From contig CBFDEM010000037.1 in assembly GCA_965603825.1 (NCBI GenBank), positions 310,001-374,000 of the forward strand: 64,000 bases of DNA, in the 5' to 3' direction. The notes under the pieces were generated by a model that made no database searches, was not told the origin of the DNA, and saw only the letters and a list, made by a program, of their open reading frames with translations. A program made the translations under genes and the position numbers. Origin of the DNA: Blepharisma stoltei ATCC 30299 (taxonomy: Eukaryota > Protista > Ciliophora). Below are positions 1-14,200 of the stretch, piece by piece (position 1 is the first letter of the stretch; every line of letters begins with the position of its first letter).

Positions 1-231
1 GCTTGCAAGCTCATTGAGGTTAGGCCTTTTTATGCACGCGCGGATTCCATTGATATTCCAAGAGACTATACGAATTTCAGGGCGCGAAAATTGCCCTGTG
101 CTACTTGTTTGGAGCTTGGCTTCTTCTGCAATTAGAGTTGTTTGCTTAGTGGTTTTAGGCAATTTAATAGGCTTTTTTTCTTCTTCTTCACTGTCTGCTG
201 CTTTCCTTTTTGCCGGCTTCTTTTCTTTCAT
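1..231 (-). CDS. AP endonuclease / exonuclease III family protein (5' part only; runs off the window start)
   Basis: Not in the ORF track. ATG at 231 gives MKEKKPAKRKAADSEEEEKK...RIVSWNINGIRACIK: a basic N-terminal tail followed by the ExoIII/APE1 'SWNxNGIRA' motif. Confidence 0.85.
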   Translation of the reverse strand, partial: MKEKKPAKRKAADSEEEEKKPIKLPKTTKQTTLIAEEAKLQTSSTGQFSRPEIRIVSWNINGIRACIKRPNLNELAS

Positions 232-414
232 ATTAATTATAAGAAATGAATAGATTTTTTGATATATTTGAGAATATAGAAAATTATTAGGAAAAATAAG
301 ACAGAAAATTTATTGGCAAGTTAATATTTCCCAATATCTATTTTAAAGTTATATCCAAATAAATCTTTGGCTTCCAATTTAGATTAAGTTAAAAGGGTAC
401 CTTATTTATCCATT

Positions 415-3400
415 TTATTCGTTGATCGATCTATTTTCAGAAGGACAAGGATCAATTTCAATGCTTTTATTTCTATCATCAGCTAGAATTGATGAAAAAT
501 TTTCTAATTCAATGTCTTGAGTACTATTTATAATTCTACTCCCAGTAATATATAAATATTTCGAATTATTGATTACTTGAGTATTAGTTTCATATCCAAT
601 TTTGTACTTTTTCCTTTTAAATAATCTACTTAGTAAAATTAAAGTAGTATCTTTTGCATCTTTTAAAAAGCTACTGAAAATTTTTGGCAATATATAAAGG
701 ATGAACAGTAAATTTGCAAAGATAGTTATAATAAAGATAAAAACTTCACTAGAATAATCTAATTTTCCAGTAGCAAAGAATAAGCCAGTGAAGATTGTGA
801 TTAATAAAATGAGTTTTGCTAGCAATTCAGCGTTGTTTAAGTATGTATCTGTAAATGGCTTATTTCTGTTTTGGAAATGGAAAAATAAAATTAAAATCAC
901 TATTGCAGTGAGCGCTTGCAATGGTAGAGTAATATTTGATAAATACACTGAGAAGCAAATTAAAATAATTTTACTATAAAAGATAAAAAACTCCCAATAG
1001 AAATATTCTGTAGTGTAGCCATGACAAATGAACTCATATTTTAACTTGTCTGATCCTCCGCCCTGCACCCTTCTCAATCTTAAAACTTTCGTAAATAAAT
1101 ATGCTGGCCCTAAAATTCCTCATAGCAGTATTGATGGCAAGCCTATCGAAAATGCATAAAATAAATGCTCGCTAGTTCAGCACTGAATTTCAAGATTTTC
1201 ATTTAGCCAAAATTCTCCTTGGCTAATTTCTTTGCAGCTAAAAATTTTGAAAAATGGCTGCATCAAGTGTGGGTGAATTAAAAATAGTAAAACAATCCAT
1301 ATTGAGATAAAATAATGGGAAAATTCCGAAAAGCTTTTCTTTTTATATAAGAAATAAAGAGATAGCAGAATTAAGCATATGTTTCCTAATAAGAAAGGTG
1401 CAGAACTAATAATAAAAAAATTCGTATAAAATACACTTTTTTGAGAATCTAACTGTAAAAAGCAATCAATAGAAAAAATCTGCTCCATAATAAAATTCAT
1501 ACTAGACTCAATATGAAATAATTTCATAATTTCTTTTGGCCAGTTCAAATTGAAAGTCGTAATGATAGTTAAAATATGCAAATAATTTCAAAAAATTTTG
1601 ATATAAACTGGCGTATATGTTTGTGTGCCAAGTATAGATTTTTTTACAGTAATCCAAATTAAGAGAGTAATAACAGTAAGTACTCCTATAAATCCAAAGA
1701 AGTTCATAAAATTAATTCATCTTTCCGGACAAATTTTACAATAATTTTCATATAGCCTTCCATATCCATATTGACAAGCTTGGCACAATTTTCCCTCATA
1801 TCCTTTTTTACAAACTCCTGTATATGATAAATTTTTTGGATCAGGAGAACCTAAACATGCTGAAGGATTGGGACATCTCCAAAACACTTCAGTATCATTA
1901 CTTTCTCTCCAGTATCCTTCTTTAGGAACAATTGAAGAGTTTCCATAGCAGACAGCATGTTCTGGACAAGTAATGCACTCTGTATTATTTAATTCTAAGC
2001 TATAATATGGTTTTTCACAAATCACACATTGATTACTAGCAGTTGCTTCACCTATCTTGCATAGACGAAGAAAAACATTTATAAGAAAATTATTAGAATC
2101 TTCAATTGTAGGAGCATAAACCTTAATTTTAGTTGAAGATCCTGGAGGTGCTATAACTACATAATCAGTAAAATTGAATATCCCGCTAAAAGCTGTGACC
2201 GTTGTAGTTCCAAAAAGTATGGTATTTGGATCATTTGCTAGTAACTGGACTTGGCTTAAATTGTCTGTATATATTATTTGATCATAGTGATCTACAATTG
2301 CGCAGGTTATTGGCTGCTCGCTTTTCTGACCTGGAGCTATTCCACTAATAGTTGGCATTGAGCTTGAAGGACTATTTAGATATTGATTTTCTCTTTTAGT
2401 GTTTATATAAATCAGTTTAAATGGATATGAAGCTATGTCAGGACCATATCTGGCAGAATTGTTTACAAAAAAATTATCAATGATTACTGGGTTTGAGCTA
2501 TCTCAACTAATGGCTCCTCCATTATTTATGGCTTTATTCCTAGTAAAATGGTTAGATGATATGTTGAAAGAACATGAATCAAATTTATCGCAGTTTATTT
2601 TGATACCTCCTCCAATGCCATCATATATCCCTGCTTCTCTATTTTCAGTATCTGAAGATCCTGCCAGATTATCAATAAACTCAGAAAACAGAACATGCAA
2701 ATTGATATTACTTGCTAAAATGGCTCCGCCATTAAAAGCAAAATTACTAACAAAAACAGATGAAGATATTACATACTGATTTGAAATAGGGGTATCAATG
2801 TCTGTCATCAAGTAAATTGCTCCTCCAGATGATGCAGAATTATTATAAAATAAGCATGATTCAATTGATATTTTCATGCACTTTGAGCAATAAACTGCAC
2901 CCCCATTTGATCCTGATCCATCATAAAATTCAGAATTCATGATTTCTAATGACGCTATTTCGTTCCCAACTATTGTGCTGTCTGAAAGGTTTTGAAATAT
3001 AGCTTTTTCTATTTGAACAAAGCTATGATATGCATCGATTGAAGACCCTATAATATTTTTCATCGTTGAATTATAGATATTTAATGATCCATCTTTGTAT
3101 ATAAATAATGACCCACCAGCTTTTGAAACTAAGTTTGAAAAATAAGAATCTATGATAATAGCCATGCTTGAGAGAGAAAATAAAGCAGTTCCTGAGCTAT
3201 TCGAAAGTCCATTGATAAATGAAGAATTTTTAATTGTAGTTACACTTTCAGATTTAATTTGAATAAAGCAACCCTGGTCCCCAATTTGATCTGAAAAACT
3301 TGTATTTACTATTGTTATATTGGAATTTGTAAGAAGAATGCCTGGATTATCTTGATTTGCAGTATTACTATGGATAATTAATGAGTCTATAGTAATTAAG

Positions 3401-6400
3401 GACCATATTAGAGAAATTATTCCCCCATTTTGTGCATTGTTTTTAGTTATTTCACAGTTCATTAACTTTGAATCTACTGACGAACTTATCATATTCAAAA
3501 CGGATCCTTTATGTTTACAATAATTTTCTGTGAATTTTGAATCTTCAATTAGAAAAAATGAGTCAGTATCTACATAAATAGCACCCCCAGACTCGCCTGC
3601 TTTATTTTTTAAAATCTTGCAATGCATACACAAAAATTGAGAATTTAAATTCATAGAAATCGCTCCACCATTTTCATCACTTGTATTATTTAAAAATGTA
3701 GTATTTGTGCAGTTTGCTAATGCTGAATTTTTCATAGTAATACTACCTCCAGATCTTAATGAGTGACCATTTTGAATTGTCGAGTTGTTTTCAATTAATA
3801 TGCCATTATTAAGAGAAAATGCAGATCCAATATTTTCAGTAAACATACAATTATAGGTTTCTAAAGTGGAATTTTTATTTGAATCTTCTAATAAAACAGT
3901 TGTTTCACCAGAATTATATTGAAAAGTGCAATTATTTAGAGCTATTTTTGAGTTTGATTCGCTATCAATAGAGATAAGTAGTGCAGAGCTGCCTACTCCA
4001 GAATTACCTATAAATGAAGATCTATCAAAGTATAGTATTCCACTATTGAAATAAATAGAAAATATTCCAGATAATAATGCAATATTTTCCTCGAATAAGC
4101 AGCTCTCAATTAAAGAATCTTTTGATAGGCGAATAAAACTATCTATAAATACAGCTGCCCCAGATGAGGCGCGATTGCTATAAAAATCAGAATTGCTTAT
4201 AATAAGATGGGTAGTTGAATTCGAAAAATAGCTTTTCTGAAGATAGAGTGATCCACCATTGAAAGAGCCATAATTATTTCTAAAAATGGTGTCTGAAATA
4301 TAAATGAAGGAATCTAAAGACAATAACGTTGGCGGTAAATAATAATAGATTGCGCCACCTGAGAGCCCAGGTGATTGATTTGACTCATATACGCAATCAT
4401 TCATAGATAGTGTTTGTCCTGAAAAATAAACAGCCCCCCCTAAATCTGCACTATTGCCAATAAACGAGCAATTTGCAAGCGTTAAATTATTTGAGCTATC
4501 AGAAAATGCAACTGCTCCTGAATTTCCTTTAACAGTATTTTGGCTGGAAATAAACATTGAATTGTTTATTAGCAATGAAGCGGTATATGATACTGAGATG
4601 CATACCCCTTTAGCACCCTCACCAATGTTTCTATTGAAATATAAATAATCGCCAACAGAATTTTCTGTACTGTTAATAATAAAAGATGGAGAAGAATTTT
4701 TACAGTAATTTTCTGTGGCATTTACAAATTTCATAATAAAGTTTAAAGAGTTTGATACTGAAAATAATGATGTGCAAGATAACACTTGAGGATTGGGTAC
4801 TGAAAGCTTTAGATAAATGTCAGGGTTACTAATAAATGAATTTAAAAGAATTGAGTTAATGCTATTGCTTTCATTCGGCTTGCCTCCATTTAATTTCATT
4901 TCTATGTTTGTTATTTCAATATTCACCATTTTCCTTATATCTACTAAATCAGTAGTTCCAGAGTAATTATTAAGAAAGTTAATGTTTGCTAATTTTACTC
5001 ATCTTGCCAAATATTTTGCAGTAGAATTCAGCCCATTAAGCATTGTAACAGTAACATATTTTGTTTCAGCATAATCACTAATATTACCATTGCTTCCAAA
5101 ATATAGTAAACTACCTCTTTCGACTCCATTAGAGGTAAAATTGCAAGACTCTATAAGGATATTTTGGGGCTCTATATTGAATTGTGCATATAAAATCCCA
5201 GATGTTTTTCCATAGTTTCCTAAAAATGATGTATTTCTAATATGAATGTGGCTAAGCTTAGAGTCTGCTAACACTCCTTTACTGTCAATTGTCATATTGA
5301 GATTCTTTGTAGCTTGCAGAACATTAATAATTCCAAGTTCACAATAATTGTAAGAGAATATACATGAGTCTATTTCTAATGTTTGAAAATACCCAAGTGT
5401 GAGCAAAGACGCAGTATCCAACAGATTGAATTGGTTCATATACACTAAATTATATTCAAAAATTACATTCCTGATTAGTATTTTAGTCATATTTGAAGCA
5501 TATAAAAATCCTCTAAAGTTTACTGAATCGCCAAATTCATAGCCATTATTAAGTCTACTGACTTTTCCATTTTCATAATAAAATCTTTTTAGGCAATATA
5601 AATCATAAGAATTTAATCCAAGGCTAATAACTGCTGAGACTTCAGACTCTGTAAGCTTTATATTATCAAATGCGACATTATTCATGTATAAGTTTCCGTT
5701 ACTTTGATAAATTAGCGATAAAAATCCAGACCTGAAATTAATTATGTCTGAGTTTATTAGAGTTAAATCATGCCCAGTTGAAAAAAAAAGATTGAATTCT
5801 TTTGAACGGGCACATCATGAAGAGGGAAGGAAAATCGAAATTTCTTCAAGTCTGTCATTATAAAAACCAGTGCTTGATTGAGAGTCCCGAATTACATATG
5901 GGCAGTATTCGCAGTATTCAGATGAGATATTGCTGCAGGTTGACGGATATGTTTTCCCATCAAAAATTACATTGCTGATTTGTAAGCTATAATCAATAAC
6001 TACGAATGTTTTGTTTTTTCAAGTATGTTGGTCTATAAGTTTTATAAACTTTACTTTATTTCCATTTATCGGTTCAATTTTAACTAATTTTTTTTTATAA
6101 TACCTTTTGGCTCATTCTGGATCTTCTGAATTTAGATCTCGATCATTCTGATATATTGGATAGTCACCGTCTTCTAAGAGATATATTATAGAATAAGCAT
6201 GCATAGTATAATCCAATGCTTTAATTATACTGTTATAAGGAGAAATCAATGTACCATCACCATAATTAAGCTCTTCATTGACTTTTGAAGTAGCGAAATA
6301 AATATAGGGATTATTCTTTGTAGATCTGTCTTTGTAATCATACAAAATGAATTTGGAGCCATCAGGGAAAGTCGTCCAGAAATTTCTCTCTCCAATGCTG

Positions 6401-7631
6401 CACCCTCTATTAGTAACAGCTAAATTATTGCAAGACAAGCACTGTATTAGGTTTTCATCGGTTCGATAATATCGATTACAATAATTACCCCCTCAGTAAT
6501 AATTGCAGTTTCCAAATGCATAGTTGCACTGACGTATATTGCATTCTTGATTGCAGTTCTCAAAATCAAATGCTTTTTCTGGCGTGCAGGCATAGTTTGA
6601 GCTTTGATAGCAGTCTTCTAAATAGACTATATAAGTTGTATCATTGCGAATTATATGCTGGTAAGAAACAAAAATTCTGAGGGCGTTGTTTTGGCACCAT
6701 AAATTTGGATATTGAGGTAACTGATCATAATTACACGAAGCTACCAAACAATCTGGTTTACATTTTCCATAGTCTTCTAATAGACAATTATCAGCACATT
6801 GGCAATCAGTATAATCATAATAGCAGTCATAGTTATTGCATTCAGGGTCACAGACACCATTTCCTACCATGCTGGGATAGCATCCGCTGGCACATGCTCC
6901 ACAATCATGATTATCTAATACACAATTTCAATTATTGCAAGCTTCATCACATATTCCATTGTTCAGCATATAGTCATAGCATCCTGGAGCACAATCACAA
7001 TCAAATTTATCATAATCACAGTCAGCCACATAGCAAGCTTCTTCACAGATGGAATTTCCTACCATTCAAATATAGCAGTTAGGAGCGCAAGTTCTGTTGA
7101 TACAATCCCCTAAATCAAAATTGCAGTTTGAAGTTGCACACGCTTCATCGCAATAACCATTTCCTAATAAATCTGGTGAGCACCCAGGAGAGCATTCTTC
7201 ACATTGACTAAGACCATAATAACAGCCTGGGACATTGCAATTAAGATTACAATTTCCCATAAGATCTTTTTCAGAGCCTGAATTATAATTACAGAAAGAC
7301 GAGCAAACACCACAGTCTCCTCAATCGTAGCCGCAATTTTTTGTGTTGCAAGATGGGTCACATATCCCATTTCCTAGTAATTGAGGGCTACAATGATCAA
7401 TCATGGTGCAATAATTAATACAATCTGAACTTTCATGATCCTTTGTTCCATTTATAAGTATATTTGTATCAAAATTGCAGTAAGGAGTCATACATTCCGG
7501 GTTGCATTCGCAGTCACCTTTCTAATTTGGAAACTTACCTTAATATCTGGACATTCAGATAAGTTGCATAATAGTTTTTCTCCAGCACACAAGCTTAAAA
7601 CAAAGAAGAAAATTCTTAACTTTTGAGCCAT
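415..7631 (-). CDS. Giant surface membrane protein A (~2390 aa): signal peptide, LNR (Lin-12/Notch) repeats, right-handed beta-helix (GGA[IVL]/FxxN) repeats, Cys-rich linker, multi-pass TM C-terminus
   Basis: The track ORFs ending at 415, 1177, 1717, 2503, 4999, 6112, 6493 and 7066 share one frame and are separated only by TGA; true stop is TAA at 415-417. The N-terminus MAQKLRIFFFVLSLCAG is joined through introns 7522-7538 and 7278-7292. Repeats such as LLGNGYCDEACATSNCNFDLGDC; C-terminal GY..EYFYWE TM region. Confidence 0.85.
7278..7292 (-). other. 15-nt spliceosomal intron (in frame, stop-free)
   Basis: GTAATTATAATTCAG with A at position 10; same position and phase (T|GC Cys codon) as the obligatory intron 14819-14833 in the paralog. 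Confidence 0.7.
7522..7538 (-). other. 17-nt spliceosomal intron
   Basis: GTAAGTTTCCAAATTAG; removal joins the signal-peptide exon to the first LNR repeat in frame; position matches intron 15063-15077 of the paralog. Confidence 0.75.
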
Positions 7632-8273
7632 TGTTTATTAAATAATTAAATTTTAAATTTGATTTAGTCTTACAAATTCTTCTTTTAATTATGATTAATC
7701 TAATTCTTAGTTACCTTGATTTATCTCCTAAAATTCTTTCTTTAAAATGCTACTAAATCTAAAAATATTATAAAGTTTAAAAATTTTATTAATAATTGAT
7801 ATTGTTTCGAGAGGGCCACGAATATATAGTCGCTACTATCCATCATCATTCCTGATGGACTTCAGTGAGCATTGTCTAAATGGATTGCTATGCTCTGACT
7901 CGAATTTTAAGATCTAGAGTGATGGAACTTCCAGTTTCTTGCTGGGTTTAGCCTTCAGTTAAGACCTGCTCGAGGAAAAGTCTAGGAAGTTGATGAAGAA
8001 TGGTTTTTGTAATATAAGTGTGAGCTTCTTTAATTATATACATAGTTACCAGAGTTAAAACTAAAATTACATATTAATTATATTTTTATACATATATTGT
8101 TTATCAAGACTCAATTGAATTATTATCTGTCTTTATTCTCAATATCTTGACTAAAATCATAATTTATATCCAAGCTTCCTTCAGCAATAGATGGGAATAA
8201 TATTTCCCCACTTTCCATTTGTGAACTTTTCTGATCCATTTCACTCATAGGTTTCGTCTTACTCTTTCATTTT

Positions 8274-11200
8274 TTAATTTTTCTTCAGATAATCGATTAT
8301 GACTTTGATTATTTTATAGGATAAATAAATCAAAAAGTAAGAATTCGAAGCTATAATAATTGCAATGAAAAATATACTGGCACTATCATTTAATGACCCC
8401 ATTAAATAATATAATCCGCTATATATTGTGATAACTAATACAAGCTTTGCCCTCAATTCCGCTTGGTTTAAGCCTGAATCTGTATAGGGATTATTTGAAT
8501 ATTGCATTTGTAAAAATATAGTCAATAAAATTGCTGCAATAATGGCTTGCATCTTTGTAGAGATGTTTACTAAAAACACAGAGCAACAAATTAAAATAAC
8601 TTTGCTATACATTATGATAAATTCCCAATAATAAAGCCTATTTTGGTACCCATTGAAAAGAAAACCATATCTCAGTCTCACTCTTAAGTTATTCAAAATC
8701 TTTCTATTTCTTGAGAGATTTATTAAACAAATAGAAGGAAATAAAATTCCTCATATAAATATAGTTGGCAATGAAATAGTCATAACAGAAAACATATGAT
8801 CATAATCTCAGCATCTTATATCGAGATTTTCAACTAGTCAATATTCACCAGGATTAATTTCTTTGCAATTAAATGAAGCAAGCATTTTTCTGACGGTACT
8901 TGGATGCACTAAAAATAGTAAAACAATGAAAGTTGATATATAGTCATCTCAAAAAGTGGTAAATGATTTTTTCTTGAGCTTAATAAAAATCCAGAAAAGA
9001 AATGCAAAAAGCCCCATAAAAAATGGTATCATTGCAGTAATGAGAAGGCTCAGCATGTATGTGTAGCTTTGAGAAAAGCTACTTTGGAGGAGACATTCAA
9101 GTGATCAAAACTGCTGATAAGCATAGTCTGTACTGGATTGTATACGATATATTTGCCTAATTTTATTTGGCCAATTTAAATCAAAAACAGATGTAAGCTG
9201 GCTTAACTGCAAATAATTTAAAAATATCTTGAAATAGATAGAGGCATGATTTTTTGGTTTTAAAGCTGATTTTCTTGCAGACTTGACCAAAACAAAAGCA
9301 AGTAAGATTAAAACTACTGTAAGTGCTATTAAAATGAGCACATTTCTTAAAGTTGATGGGCATTCATTGCAAGTATCATGGCTTGAGTGAGCAAAGTTAG
9401 ACTCACAGGATTGACACATATTACCTTTATATCCAGCTCTGCATAGGCCAGTAAAAGATAAATTATTTAGATTTGGAGAGCCTAAGCAAGCAGAAGGATT
9501 AGGGCATTTTCAAAATTTATCAGTATACATATTATCTCTCCAATATCCAGCTTTTGGTGATATAGTATAATTTCCATAGCAATTAGCTTCTGAATTTGGA
9601 CAAACCAAACATTTAGTGCTATTTAGGCTTAAACTGTAATACCCATATCCACATGCTTCACAAATTTTTCCACTGTTAACCTCCCCAATCTCACAATGTC
9701 TTAAATTTGCATTAATATATAAACTTTGATTATAAATTGGTTGGCTCACTTTTTGATTTTTATTATTGTCAATTGCAGAAGAAAAAATTTGTATTATGAT
9801 GCTTGATCCTGGTTTATCTGAGATCACATATTCAGAGAAATTGAAGATTCCATTTGATGCCTTTATTTTAGTAGCTCCTGCTATAATTGTACTTAAGTTT
9901 TCACTTTTGAGTTCTGCAAAGCTGATATTGTCAGTTGTAATAGTTTGGTTTGTAACATCAATTAAACCAACCAACAGAGGATTTTTATTTCTTTTTCCTG
10001 GAGCAATGCCTGACATTTGTGATATATCAACTAATTTTCTATCACTTTCATTTATAATCATTAGTTTTGCAGGGTATGAAGCTAAGTCGTTTCCATATTG
10101 CGCTCAATTATCTTGGTATAAATTGTCATCTAGCACTGGGTTTCAGTCATCCCAGTTTATTGCTCCTCCATTATAACTTGCAATGTTTTCTATAAAGCTG
10201 CATGATTTAATCTCAAGTTCGCATTTTGGTAAGTCCAAGCATCCAACTTTAATTGCTCCACCTTTTCCTTCAGTTACAGGAGCATAAATAAAACTCTCGT
10301 TTGTTAACGCTTGATTTTCTGTAAAATCAGATAAATATATAAATAAGGCTGCATTATTTGCATATATTCCTCCACCATTTCTCGCTGAGTTGTTTACAAA
10401 AGAACTCCTCTCAATTGAATAAGTATTTATACTAGCTTCTCCTCAATTACTATCAAAATATAAAGCTCCACCATATAATAAAGCGCTATTATTCACAAAT
10501 ATACTTGAGTCAATTTTAATTTTAGAGCAAGTATGACAATAAATGGCTCCGCCTGAAATCCCATTTCCATTACTGAATAATGAATATAGAATTTCCACCT
10601 CTTTTAAACTCGTGCCGAATATCCCAGTCTTTGAGTAGCTATGAAAGCTAGAATGTTCAATACTTAGTGATGTTTGGTATGAGTCTATAACACCTCCTCC
10701 TTCTGCACTATACGATTCTGAAAATGAGGATTTTTTTATCTTTACGAGACTATCATATGATGAATAAATTGATCCACCTATTGAGTGTGAGGAAAATTGG
10801 CGAAAAAGAGAGGAATCTATCGTTAAATTGCCTGATGTTGAATATATTGCTCCTCCAGAGTTGGTTGCAACTCCATCAGAGAATGTCGAATTTTTGATAG
10901 AAATGCTGCTTTCCATTGCTGAATAAATGAAACAACCTTGATAGCATGTTTGACTATAAAATTGAGAGTCTATTATATTTAAATTTGAAAGTGCTTGCTC
11001 AATTCCACCTTTATTTTTGTATACCTTTGAAGCAATTATTAATAATTTAGAACTCATTGCAACAATTGATCCTTTATTTTTTGAAATATTTTCATAAATT
11101 TGACTGTAGTTAAGCACTGATTCTATGGATGAGCTAAATATATATATAGCAGCACCATCATTTTCACAAGAATTATTATAAAAAATAGAATTCGAGATTG

Positions 11201-14200
11201 AAAAATGAGAATCTTGATCCAAATAAACAGCTCCTCCATCTTGAGATAAATTTGAAGTAAAATTGCAATAGCTGCAATAGAATTGCGATTTTGAAAAAAA
11301 CTTAACTGCACCACCCTTCTTAGAGCTTTTATTATTCAAGTAAAGTGTTAATTTTGAAATTGCAATAGCGGAATTCTCTAAATTAAGGCAAGAACCGCTA
11401 AGAGCTGAGTTTTGAACAAAAATTGAATTTTCGTCAGAGAGTTTATTATTGTTTAGAGCAAAAACTGAACCTTTGTTATATGAAAAATTGCAATTTTTCG
11501 TTTCAATATTCGAAAATTTATGTTGATCATCTGAGAGGATAGATGAGCCTCCTTCATTATAAAGTAAAGAGCAAGAATCTAAAGAAATAGTAGAATTCAA
11601 TATACCAATATACAAAACAGCACTCGATTTTCCAGAATTTCTAATAAAATCGCATGATTTTAGTGCCAGTAAGCCTCCATTATAATGTAATGATATAGCC
11701 CCTGATATTATTGAATAATTTTCTTCAAATTTTGATAATTTGATTGATGAAAGATCAGTTAAAAATACTTCATCATCAATAAAAATAGCAGAACCATATG
11801 ATGCAGAATTTTTAAAAAAAGATGAGTCTTCAATATCAATTTCAATATTTAAGGGCGATGACCATTGCTGAGTGATATAAATAGATCCTCCATAGTAAGC
11901 ATGATTCCTTCTGAAAATGCTTGAGGAGATATACAACAAATTTTTACTTGCCCTTAAATTGGCTTTACTATATATTGCACCCCCAAATCCATTTGGTGAA
12001 GTATTTGAATCAAAAATTGTTGAATTAATAGACAAATTTTGGCTGTTTTGATTAATTGCTGCTCCATAATTCCCTATATTATTTATAAAAGTGCAATTAT
12101 TCACATATAAACTGCTTCCATCTAGCACTTGGACAGCCCCACTTCCTAAAATATTATTATTCTCATTTTCTTCAAATGTTGAATTTATTAAAATCCTAGT
12201 ATAATTTCCAGTAAATAAGAAGCATATTGCAAAAATACTGTTTCCTCTATTTGATAAGCATTCAATGGAATCTATTTCATGAGTGCCAGAGTTAAGAATT
12301 TTATAAGTTGGAGAGGAATTTCTACAAATATTATTTTTCATTGAAAGAGGTACAATGTTTAAATTGTAAGAATTTAATATAGAAACTGCAAATTGGCAAT
12401 CAAGAATTTTTGGTTCTTGCTGTCTTCATTTTAAATATATATCTTCATTTTGAATGAAGTAATCAAGCAAAAGGACATTGAGGTCTTTATCAGGGTTTAA
12501 AGATCCATTTGAATCAATATTCAAATTTTTCAATTCAAAATTGACCATATTAGTTGCGTTAAGTAGACCAGGTCCATGATTACTAGTAAAATTTACGTTG
12601 TTAAATTTGCATCATCTTGGCCCAAAAATAGCCATAATATTTTTACCGAAAGGCTGCCTATATTGTTTAACTGTTGCTACTTTATATTCATCTAAAATAA
12701 AAGCATTATCAATTCACACCAAAGCGTTATTTTCAGCTCCATTAAGTTCAAACGATAAATTTTCCATATGAACATTCAAAAGATAATTAATAAAGTTAAT
12801 CCTGATTAGTGTCTCATTCCCATAATTCGATATAAATTTGCAATCGTAGATATGAATATGATCTTTTTCAAGATAAGTCATATGGTGTGACCCATTTAAG
12901 CTTTGCATATATTTCAAAACATTCATTTGAGCATTAAAAATCCCTGTCTCGCAGTAATTATATTTAAAACTACAGTTTCCAATTTCAATAAAATCTGCTG
13001 ATTCAATATAAATAAGGGAAGCCTGAGAGAAGTAGGTAGGCTTTTTTTGGTAAATCATGTTATATGTGAATTCAATGTTTCTTATTAAAACAGAAGTTGT
13101 GTTTTTAGCATATAAAAATCCTTTGAAATTTAAAGGATCCCAGAATTCATAGCCGTTATTAAGCCTTGAAACTTTTCCTCCTATATATAAGAATTTAGGC
13201 TTTACGTGACTGGGGATTATCGAAACTATACCTCCAGTTTCAAAAGGATTGAGATGTATATTATCAAAATCTACATTAAATAGCTTCAAGTTTCCTATAA
13301 ATGAAAGGATACTCGATAATTCGTTCCTGAAGTTTATAAATTTGGTGTTCCTAATTTTAGTTTTAGGGGCGTCCTCTAGATTATAAATAAGAGCGTAACT
13401 TGCTTGAGGCGTGTTCAATTCCCAATTGCAAATGGCTAAGGGCAAATTTCCATCTATACGTTCATTTCTATCGCTATAATAATACCCATCATTTTCGTTA
13501 TAAGCTGTATAAGGGCAATAAGAGCAATAAGTTGAGCTTTGGCAATAGCTATCATCTTTTCCATCAAATATTAAATTCTCGAGCTCAAAATTTTTTGAAA
13601 CTTGCCAGGCATAGACTCATAAATCATTTTTTATCGTGACCTTGCTGCCATCAAATGATAGTATTTTAAAGTTCGTCCAAACTCCACCATAGCCCATTAT
13701 ATAAATTCCATCATTAAATAAATACAGGACATTATTTCAGGTTTGTATTTTACGAAATGCTGCTGAGATGGATTGGAAAGGGTAAAGATAGCTTCCGTCT
13801 TCAGGCACATTTTCATTTAAGATTGATGATGCATAATAAAAGGAGAGATGAGGAAATTTAGTAAAAAGAGAAGCTTCGTTTATAAAACTTAATGATAGCC
13901 CAAACAAATTTAAATTCTTGCAGGAACTATCAGTGCCAAAGCATTGGTTGCAGAACTCTCCAAAAGGCTTATCTATATCAGTGCAAAACTCGCAAATATT
14001 TCAGGCATCGATAGGGAAATAGTTCAAACAGTTTCAATAGTTTGTGGAGTTGCATGATCCGTAATTGCATTCAGGAATATAGCATTCATGGTAGCAATTA
14101 TAAGGATCTATAGCTTTTCGAAGACTACATTCATAATTACTTGCTAAGTAGCATTTCTCAATGGATACAACATAGTTTGTATCATTCATAATCATCTGCT

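Noticed and set aside
14-253. 79-aa plus-strand ORF from the track
   Set aside because: It is antisense to the AP endonuclease 5' end, which carries a clear family motif.
7965-7990. GAGGAAAAGTC resembling the RNase P/MRP CR-I motif
   Set aside because: No matching CR-V partner or P4 pairing was found nearby.
2503-12341. Bacterial (chlamydial Pmp/autotransporter) origin or contamination
   Set aside because: The genes have spliceosomal introns and TGA=Trp, lack a beta-barrel domain, and sit among eukaryotic housekeeping genes.
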